Assembly: GCA_024626585.2 (NCBI GenBank)
Contig: JANKJI020000002.1
Location: forward strand, 16,307,887-16,335,425
Reading direction: 5' to 3'
From: Ginkgo biloba
Taxonomy: Eukaryota > Plantae > Ginkgophyta
Length of the DNA: 27,539 nucleotides
Numbering within the stretch: the stretch's first letter is position 1; each line of letters opens with the position of its first letter. The notes beneath the pieces are model-generated. The model ran no database searches, was not told the DNA's origin, and saw only the letters and a list, made by a program, of their open reading frames with translations. This document shows, piece by piece, positions 11,063-19,959 of the stretch. A program made the translations under genes and the position numbers.

Positions 11063-12130
11063 TNNNNNNNNNNNNNNNNNNNNNNNNNNNNNNNNNNNNN
11101 NNNNNNNNNNNNNNNNNNNNNNNNNNNNNNNNNNNNNNNNNNNNNNNNNNNNNNNNNNNNNNNGCTGCCATAATTTTCTTTAAATCTTATTTCTTCCTTG
11201 GATTATTTGTAACTTGCTTATAAAAAATGGGGCCTACACACTCATGTTTCAATAAACACATTTGATGTACATATTTATAGAACAAAAATTCAATATTTCA
11301 AAACATGTTTCATTAAATTATGAGTTGTGAACTATTCCAATCTATATATATATTTGGATCATGTATGATATATTCTCCATATACCTATGTACAAATGGCT
11401 TATCAATAGATAGTTTTTCTATCCTGAACTTACAAAGTCTTGGTCCCTTCTTAACATCACTTCCCTGGTGGATTAAACTTTCGATTAGTGTGAAGGTTTC
11501 ATAACAATCCCACAATCCCTTATGTGCACTCTTGAGTCACCTACACCTTCTTGGGCCCTTGTCCCTTCGTGGTCACATAAGGAATATAAAATATTACTAG
11601 GAGCAACCATCCTATCCATTTATCTCTCCTCAAAGGGAGTACCTAAAATAGGTTTAAGGCACATTGTATGTCCCATAAAGATGGTGCAACCTCCTAGATA
11701 CATTTTTCTCCCTTAATGCACAAGGACTAACTTTCTCTCCCAATACCAAGAATGACATACTCCTCCCTCATTATGATGCATTACATGATGCTTTTGGGTT
11801 TGCGAAGCTCATTTCCATGCTTAATGCCTTAGCTTATGTTATGCTTCTTCCTCCTTTTTCAACTAAGGGAATGCCTTCTTTTCCAAGATGTGAGAGTAGT
11901 TAGGTCCCACCTTTATCAAGCATTGACCTAGGTCCTTTGAGACCCCCAAGTAGCATATGGATAGTGAAAAGCTATCAAGAGTTGTGGGCCCTTCTATCAC
12001 TTGTGTATCCCACTATCCTTCCTGAGTCATTATTCCTCCCCAGGTCAGCTAGGAGACTTTATCATGGCTAGGACGTCTTCCTCCTGTGTCCCGCCTTTGT
12101 TCCTTATTACGTTTTCTTTCTTGGGTGTCT

Positions 12131-12295
12131 TTTTCCTCCCTTAGTGAGTAAGGGAGCACGTTTTCACCCAAGACAAGGTATGAATTATTCTCTCTCTTCC
12201 TTGGAAGATTTTCTCTCCTATATGCCTTTTTCCTCCCTTAGTGAGTAAAGGATCACTTTTCCATCCAGGATAAAGGAGAAAATCACTCCTCTCTT
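12131..12295. repeat. Imperfect direct repeat (~97-bp spacing) in an LTR/UTR-like block
   Basis: ttttcctcccttagtgagtaa.gga.cac.ttt..a.cca.ga.aa.g occurs at 12131 and 12228, with a partial third copy ttttccttccttagtg at 12353. Confidence 0.75.
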
Positions 12296-12831
12296 ATTGC
12301 ACCACATTGTATGATATTTTTGGATTCCCGGAGATCATTTCCTCCCATAATGTTTTCCTTCCTTAGTGCCTTCCTGNNNNNNNNNNNNNNNNNNNNNNNN
12401 NNNNNNNNNNNNNNNNNNNNNNNNNNNNNNNNNNNNNNNNNNNNNNNNNNNNNNNNNNNNNNNNNNNNNNNNNNNNACTTCCAATCCCTCTGATGAAAAG
12501 GAAAAATCTAAGTTCATCAATTTAGTTACAACTGTGATCCAAGGGTATTCTCATATCTTGGTTACTATATATGCGTAGGATAGGAAATAATATTTGATAA
12601 TGCCTATTCAATCTTTACGCATAGTTCATCCTCTTATGGAGAAGCTTGTACCCTCTTATGAGTTAAATTTTTTAGATCGCTCCCTCAAGCTATGAGGGTA
12701 AGCCATATTCCATCATTGATGAATTGTTTTCCATATCTTCAAGAATTCCATTAATGGATTTATAAATATCATATCTTGAGAAAAGGAAAATGTTGTTATA
12801 GTCCCTTTCAGACAAAGTCTATTTTAATAAG

Positions 12832-13260
12832 AATACATTTGTTTTTTACCTCACTCTTTTTCCATCAAAGGATAACCTATCTAATCCTTTCTATATTCAA
12901 GTAGGCATGGGAGAATATTAGATCCAATGTGTAATTATAGATTTTGGATCATCTATTGATGTTATGCCTATGTCATTTCATAAACAAGTAGAGTTTGAGG
13001 AATTAGAACCCACTGATTAGATGTGTCAAGGTTTTGACAAAATGCATCATACTCCTCTTGGTCAAGTAAACAAACCAATTTTTTTGGCTAGAAAGATCAT
13101 GTTAGTTAATGTGGTAGTTTTAAACCAAGACCTTGACCATAATCTTCTTTTAGGTCAACCTTGGATAAATGAAATGGAATCTATTATATCATCTCTATTT
13201 GTGAAAATCTAATTTTTACATGAAGGAGAAATCCAAAAGGTCTAAAGGATTAATCAATAT
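12832..13260 (+). mobile_element. Decayed Ty3/gypsy aspartic protease (Tat/Ogre-like)
   Basis: Reads NPFYIQV..CVIIDFGSSIDVMP (active-site D at 12940) ..GFD....PLGQV...HNLLLGQPWINEMESIISSL..KI*F, with in-frame stops. Confidence 0.85.
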
Positions 13261-13276
13261 TTGACTAGCCAGTCAT

Positions 13277-13626
13277 TATCCATTGTTTGACCTTACTTAG
13301 GATTATTTAGATGTAAATCCTTCTTCCCTTACCAATAATTTTATATCACTTCATTTGGGTTAGTATGTGTTCAAGGAAATACCTAATTTGGTAGCTTCCT
13401 AGCTTCCCCTTAGTATGATCCTTTGACTATGGATTTTCGAAATCAATATATCCATTATTTGACCTTACTTAGGATTATTTACATGTAGATCCTTCTTCCT
13501 TTACCAATAATTTTATATCACTTCATTTGGGTCAGTATGTGTTCAAGGAAATACCTAATTTGGGTAGCTTTCTAGCATCCCCTTAGTATGATCCTTTGAC
13601 TGTGGATTTTCAAAATCAATATATCC
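13277..13626. repeat. 172/173-bp tandem duplication
   Basis: Units start at 13277 and 13449 and differ at about 10 positions by hand count. TATCC is present at all three boundaries. Confidence 0.95.
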
Positions 13627-13837
13627 CCATGATTAATATTGTTAATAGGGATATGGAAAGTGTTATAAATGATGAGGAAAATCCTCAATTTTCTAGGACA
13701 AACCCATGGTTTGTTACCTAATCATCATAAACTNNNNNNNNNNNNNNNNNNNNNNNNNNNNNNNNNNNNNNNNNNNNNNNNNNNNNNNNNNNNNNNNNNN
13801 NNNNNNNNNNNNNNNNNNNNNNNNNNNNNNNNNGCAC

Positions 13838-14978
13838 TTACTTGCACCGTATATGCAAGTAACTTGTTTGTTGGGTTACTTGCATTCCAATTGCAAGTAG
13901 GCGTTTGAGACAATTAAAGCTAAGGTGACAAAGTTTATGTAAATTCTGTAAAGGTTACTTGCAAGTAATCATCTTTATTGTATATTTGTAAGACATGTAA
14001 GTAACAGGCAATTGCATCTTAGGGGCACGTAACTTTCTGTTAGTTGATGTATCTTTCTTCCTTGATCCTTTAATTATGTTGTTTCTTGCCCTGTTTGCAA
14101 CTGGGGAATAGAGTAGGGTTGACTCCTAGATTCCTTGGAGGGTTTGGCACTCAGGGATGATCATGTTCTGAGAGTCTCAGTTTGGATAACAAATGACTTG
14201 TGCAAGATCTGCCAGTTGACAAAGGAAGAATTCCTGGAATGGATGAAGCAGGAGGTTGGGCGAGGAGAAGTTGCTCAAGTTGAATTACAAAGAGTAGACC
14301 AAGCAGAAAGGGCTGCAAAAAGCACCTAGAGGAGAGAGCGCAAAAGAAAGGCCCCCGTTGAAGCACAAGTTCAGAGTGATGATGATTCTGGTTCACAAGG
14401 GGACTTGTGAAATCATCCAGGGGGTAAATATGGGGTTTAATTTATCCCCATCATTGGCCCTATTTTTTAGGAATTTTCATATTTATTGGACTAATATACT
14501 CCAAAATTTCATCCAATGTTTTACATCAATTAGTGACTAATAATAAATAGAGGGATCTCTAAGTTTTTGGCTTCTTTTCAAGATGAATATGTAAAGTAAA
14601 TAAGGTTTTTGGACCTTGCGTAGGTTATTTTCACATCATGTGAAAGTAAGATAACGGTAATTATTGGCAATAACTACTTGCACAATAGGTGTAAGCAAAG
14701 TAGTGATGATTGTGGTCAAAGGCTACTTTCACTTTAAATGCAAGTAAGAAACTAATTATAACCCAAGTGAAAGTAAGAAAATACTTGTAAACCAAGTTCA
14801 AGTAGTGAAATATGGAGATAAGAGGAAGTGCATGACTTAATGATACGATTGTAGCATGTGAGAAGACTAGACACAAAGATTGAGGCAGTTGGAGTACAAG
14901 TTCATTTTATAACATCTACTTACAAGTACTAAAAAGTGTTATTTTCTATGTACACACAATTAATGTAATTCACTTGCA
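13838..14978. repeat. Two clusters of TACTTGCA/TGCAAGTA motifs in both orientations
   Basis: Exact or 1-mismatch copies at ~13839, 13854, 13877, 13892, 13956/13960 (palindrome ttacttgcaagtaa) and 13996, then at ~14641, 14675, 14724, 14739, 14768, 14782, 14797, 14917/14921 and 14971. Confidence 0.8.
14130..14410 (+). pseudogene. Decayed coding-like exon of an unidentified (possibly transposon) protein
   Basis: Purine-rich frame LEGLALRDDHVLRVSVWITNDLCKICQLTKEEFLEWMKQEV...AAKST*RRERKRKAPVEAQVQSDDDSGSQGDL*. It has a single internal TAG, a helical/charged composition, a basic NLS-like patch and an acidic tail. A pyrimidine tract lies upstream (14050-14097). Confidence 0.45.
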
Positions 14979-15576
14979 ATTTAATTTTAAGTGCCTTATT
15001 TATTGTAAAATGTGATCAATGCAAAAGGTGGATATTTCACTACAACTACGAGTAGCTTTTCATTAAGTAATGGAAGTTGCTTGGGACCAAAATGTAGGTA
15101 ATCCATTATGAATGTCTTCATATGCTTGATTAATAATCTAGATTAGTTACAGGGAAGGNNNNNNNNNNNNNNNNNNNNNNNNNNNNNNNNNNNNNNNNNN
15201 NNNNNNNNNNNNNNNNNNNNNNNNNNNNNNNNNNNNNNNNNNNNNNNNNNNNNNNNNNTCTACGGCTACTTCAGCTCACTCCTCCTAGCTCTACAAGTAT
15301 GCACTTTCACCCTTAACCTCTACAATTTGCCTTCACTGGGTGTTCTTCATTATTCTATACACACTTTTGACTTGGGCGCTTAGTCTGCCACGCAAATTTG
15401 GTCAAGGGTTCAAATCTCTCAGCTCACCCTTTAATTTCACCATTGAATTTCACTCATCAACCCTTCAACAAGCCAACAATTCTTCCACAAGCCAACCCAG
15501 CACTCCACCAGCGAATTCTCCAGCAATTCCCCTTAACCAACTAACTAACCAACCCGTTCTCCTTCTGCACACTGGC

Positions 15577-15642
15577 TTTTATAATTGAGCTCCAACGGCT
15601 TCAAACGGCTAGGGTTCATTGTCTCCTTTGGCTCTAACGGCT
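15577..15642 (-). promoter_or_regulatory. TATA box with three MSA-like (AACGG) elements
   Basis: Minus-strand TTATAAAA at 15584-15577. tccAACGGct (15591), tcaAACGGct (15601) and tctAACGGct (15633) lie immediately upstream. Confidence 0.5.
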
Positions 15643-16076
15643 GAATTAGGTGAGCATTCGATGTTGTAATGACTCTCCATCATAAATTCTCTATAACGAC
15701 CTTCTAGGCCTTAGATTCACCATCTTCTTCTTTATCTTCCTCAGTCACCTGGTACTTGTNNNNNNNNNNNNNNNNNNNNNNNNNNNNNNNNNNNNNNNNN
15801 NNNNNNNNNNATGTGCCTTCCATTGGATTCCTTGTGTGCATGCATTTAAATAAATAAGTGATCTTTATTTTTTTTGCTAAGGGTCCTTCTTGATGTCAAC
15901 CTATAACATAGGTATTTTCAATAGCTTCTCTACTGAATATTCTTAATTTAGCCTTTTATTTTTAATTCGGGTTCACCTTATGTTTCAACGATCATGTCCG
16001 TGTCGGTCACCACCAATCCGATGCTGCTTTCTCTCCTCAACTCGCCTCCGATCATGCCGATCCACTGAGTTCCATC

Positions 16077-16405
16077 ACTGATGATGTCAGCCCTTCTCAC
16101 AACATATCGGTATCCAACGATGTCCATTCTCCCTTTCTGTTCTACCAACAATGTTGGTCTTCAGCATGTCTTTGCCGACATTGTCGAATCACTTTGTCTC
16201 TTCGTTGACAATGTCAAACACCCTTGGTCTTTCCACCAACGATGTTGGTTTGCAACATATCCTTGCCAATGATGTCGTCCATCTTTGTCATCCCACTGAC
16301 AATATCAATCATCTCTATTTCCCCACTGACGATGTCAAATTTCATTGTCGCTTCACCGACGATGTCGACCAACCCTTTACAAACCCGCCGATGATGTTGA
16401 CCATC
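16077..16405. repeat. 30-bp-period degenerate array with palindromic core CGAC-(G/A)AT-GTCG
   Basis: Cores at ~16078, 16114, 16145, 16175, 16205, 16236, 16266, 16296, 16326, 16356 and 16387. The linkers between cores are variable. Confidence 0.9.
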
Positions 16406-17108
16406 TTCCTTTCCTCATTCCGTTGGCGCGATCAGCCACTAATGCCACTATTTTCCCGTCATTAATNNNNNNNNNNNNNNNNNNNNNNNNNNNNNNNNNN
16501 NNNNNNNNNNNNNNNNNNNNNNNNNNNNNNNNNNNNNNNNNNNNNNNNNNNNNNNNNNNNNNNNNNTTGAAGGGCATTGAAGGCAATATTGACCCATGGG
16601 ACAGAGGCTTTCCAGCTTTCGAAATAAAATTCGAGACTCGGGAATTTTCCGCTACTTATAAAAGGTTCATACATTTTTAATTTTTCAAATTAAGTGTAAT
16701 GTTTGTTACCGCCCGTCATAAAAAAAATTAAAAACTGCCAGCGAAGGGTTGAGTGTTTGCTGGCTGTCATTAAATTTTCTTAGCATTTCAATGTCAGTAC
16801 ATAATCTGTATTCTCTANNNNNNNNNNNNNNNNNAAATTATTTTTTGAAAAATGTTTCACGTTTACACAATTACACAAGTCGGCAGTAATTTATTAACTA
16901 ATATTTAATTCATTGTATTTTACTCGATGATTCGCAAGTTATCTACTCAAAGGTCACAACAAGGAGTTCTGATCAAGTGTGAAGTTTATTGAGTCGCCAT
17001 TGCTGACTGAAAGTCTTCCAAGTTCCATTGAAATTTCTAAGTCCTTCGTTTCAAGGTCATCGCTCTACATTGTTTGGGTTTCAAGGTCACCATTCTATAC
17101 GTTCAGGA

Positions 17109-17117
17109 CAGGTAAGT
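17109..17117 (+). other. Consensus 5' splice donor CAG|GTAAGT
   Basis: A perfect 9-mer consensus followed by T-rich intron-like sequence and preceded by a 30-bp tandem pair (17048-17107). No coding frame was recognised. Confidence 0.35.
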
Positions 17118-18042
17118 CAAATTGAAATGCAGGGCACTGAATTGTTTTTTCCAAAATACCAGCCTGTGAATTTTTAATTAAATTTCCTTGATTAATATTG
17201 CATGTTGGTATAATATAGTTGCTTGATTTCAGCGATGCAATCTAATAAAAAGCATACACATACAAGGTGGACAGTAAACGCTGCTCGGTAATAAGATAAC
17301 CCGACCACACGCAGCCTAATCTCGGAGTAAAAACATTGGTGTGTANNNNNNNNNNNNNNNNNNNNNNNNNNNNNNNNNNNNNGGCCATGCCTTGCATTAT
17401 CTTTTTTATATATTTCTGATTTATTTTAAGTGAGAAATTTGGATATTTGTGTGTATCTCCAGCCTCCCCTCACAAATTTATTTTGTTTTTTTTAAATCTA
17501 TTCCTCCAAATAGCGCAGCAGCAGCATCTTACCATGTATACCACATTTTTACTTTTTGTATACATTCTTTAATCAAAGATGCTTTCAGTCTGTCAATCCA
17601 TGAGTTGGTCCACTTTGTACCCAGGAGTGAGCTCATGGGGTCGCTGCAGTTCGTCTAATCTATTATTTAAAGAGCGCTGTGTATCCCACATGGCCGCTTC
17701 TCCATTGATTTATTAATTTTTACTCTTTAAAATTATTTTATGTGATAATTATNNNNNNNNNNNNNNNNNNNNNNNNNNNNNNNNNNNNNNNNNNNNNNNN
17801 NNNNNNNNNNNNNNNNNNNNNNNNNNNNNNNNNNNNNNNNNNNNNNNNNNNNATGAAAATGTGTATCTCTTTAAATTGGATTTTTATCTTTTTTAAAAAA
17901 AATCAATAGAAGGTAAAAAGAATTGGCGATGATCTTCTTGGGAATCAATTTACCAAGAGAAAAGTTTGGTTTAAGATGATGGATTTATATGACTATATTT
18001 TTAAATCCCTCTATAAAATAAAGTCCAAGTAATAATAGTCCT

Positions 18043-18469
18043 TGTGGTAACCCAAATAGGAAAGTTCTACTAAAATAATATAGAGAATTTAATAGTTTAA
18101 AAGACATAAAATGTGTAAAGTCTAGTAAGAATAATAATTAGAGCAGAAGAAGGGTTGTGGGGCACTTACCACCACAATAAACAATCTAAATAGGGAACAT
18201 TTTCTTCCAAAAGTAGAAAAGAGTCTTCTTAAAGAGAGAAGGGGTAAGAGGTAATAAATAGATGATACGATTACAAATGGGCCAACAATGGCCTATATAT
18301 CGATCACCAAGATTCAATAGGTTTTTTATGGAGAGACACCTCTTCACTACGTAAATATTTGATTACATTAATATTTTTAACTAGTATTTTATTTATTAAA
18401 TAATACTCAATGTTATCTAAAGTTATAATACTAATTAATCACTACTTAATGCTTAATGGGATTATAACA
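18043..18469 (-). mobile_element. 3' LTR (~427 bp) of a Ty3/gypsy element
   Basis: The minus strand runs TGTTATAATCCC ... GGGTTACCACA (TG..CA with imperfect terminal inverted repeat). It has an internal TATA-like atatatag at ~18293-18300 and is directly preceded by a PPT. Confidence 0.75.
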
Positions 18470-18471
18470 TA

Positions 18472-18500
18472 CCCTCCCCTCTTGAATTGACTCATCCTTG
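18472..18500 (-). mobile_element. Polypurine tract and pol 3' remnant
   Basis: AAGAGGGGAGGG (18483-18472) lies 2 nt before the LTR TG. The upstream frame KDESIQEGRVC resembles the LED..EG.. end of chromovirus pol. Confidence 0.7.
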
Positions 18501-19240
18501 GAGCAATATCAAAGTACATAGGTCTTTGTACTTTATACACATCATTTATTTTTAAATATTTTAACATCAATGGTAGTTTGAAACTATAATACAACCAAAT
18601 TAATGTTGACTTAGAAGGTGCAATTATCTCGTGCAATTATCTCTCTGTCTTTCTATCTTTATACTTGACTTCTTTGGTTTCCCTCTAAATTAGTCTTAAA
18701 ATACTCTAACTATGGTCACATGATGTGATTAAGGATTAAGTGATTAATATGAGTTATTTCAAAGAGTAATGAGGTCACATAAATATAGTATGACTAAGAA
18801 TCTATAAATACATACATACATATTATTATTTTTCTTCCATAATGTTTAATTTATTATGTGTATGGTCAAGTAATGTGATTCTATTTATAGTGGAGCATAA
18901 AAAATTATAAATGATGCTTTAAGGAAAGGTTGTGGCTATGCAAAATCGATGGAATGTGTTGATTTAAGGTGGTTTTATGGATTTCAAGTAATTCAAAATT
19001 GTAGGAAGGTTCTCCAATTTTAAATGTCAAGATTCTATTTATTTTTATATTCAGGATGGAATTCAATATTATTGAGGAGTAAGTGACATGCAAGTATGAC
19101 TTGGTTGAATAAAATATGGTCATCACACTATTTAGGATGATATTGCAAATAATAAACACATTCATTATACCCCCTATAGTTGCCAAGATGAGGGAAAGCG
19201 GGGTGACCTCTAATATGAGAAAACCCTAATCCATGTCTTT

Positions 19241-19444
19241 TCCTTTGCCATGGAATATTGCAACCTGTATTGAATCACCATAGTTCATGACCTCAACTAT
19301 GTTTATACACTTGCAAATTTCTCTACCATTAAATAAATCCCACAATAATTACTAGATTTTGGGAATGTGAGTCGAACCTCTTGCCAGGACCACGTCATGG
19401 ACCAAGTGATTTCCCATTTTAGCATCTATGAGGAATTTTTTGAT
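19241..19444 (-). pseudogene. HSP70: Cytosolic HSP70 pseudogene fragment (end of the nucleotide-binding domain)
   Basis: IKKFLIDAKMGNHLVHDVVLARGSTHIPKI**LLWDLFNGREICKCINIVEVMNYGDSIQVAIFHGKG is colinear without gaps with plant HSP70 [68 protein letters not shown]. The QQ codons have become TAG TAA, and the 5' side is cut by a gap. Confidence 0.93.
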
Positions 19445-19710
19445 NNNNNNNNNNNNNNNNNNNNNNNNNNNNNNNNNNNNNNNNNNNNNNNNNNNNNNNN
19501 NNNNNNNNNNNNNNNNNNNNNNNNNNNNNNNNNNNNNNNNNNNNTAGATCAATCGTATTGTTGCATAGAGGATCCTTTGGATGATTGTGCAAGTATTGAC
19601 AGATTCTGCAAGCATGGGTGGAGGAATATATCCGGTTGCATGTATTTACACGATGTCTTCTGGATCATTGTTCAATTTTTGGCATCTCATAGAGCGCACT
19701 ATATTTGTGT

Positions 19711-19742
19711 GTGCACTTATACAATATTGCATAAATGTGCAC
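19711..19742. repeat. 32-bp near-perfect loopless palindrome
   Basis: gtgcacttatacaat|attgcataaatgtgcac, with one mismatch and a 2-nt bulge. Confidence 0.6.
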
Positions 19743-19959
19743 TAAAGAAGCATGCAAATCCATAANNNNNNNNNNNNNNNNNNNNNNNNNNNNNNNNNNN
19801 NNNNNNNNNNNNNNNNNNNNNNNNNNNNNNNNNNNNNNNNNNNNNNNNTAGACAACTAGATTTCTATGAACATAAGAGAATACAAACAATTACAACATAT
19901 GAGTACTCCCTTGGTTTAAATCCAAATCGCTTCCACTATGAAAATTGAAGGTTATTTCT

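Noticed and set aside
16077-16405. CRISPR array
   Set aside because: The core is only ~11-13 bp and degenerate, the linkers are ~18 bp and related to one another, there are no cas genes, and the context is eukaryotic.
16924-16972. C/D box snoRNA (cgatga..ctga)
   Set aside because: Box C is imperfect, the span is only ~48 nt, and there is no terminal stem or recognisable guide.
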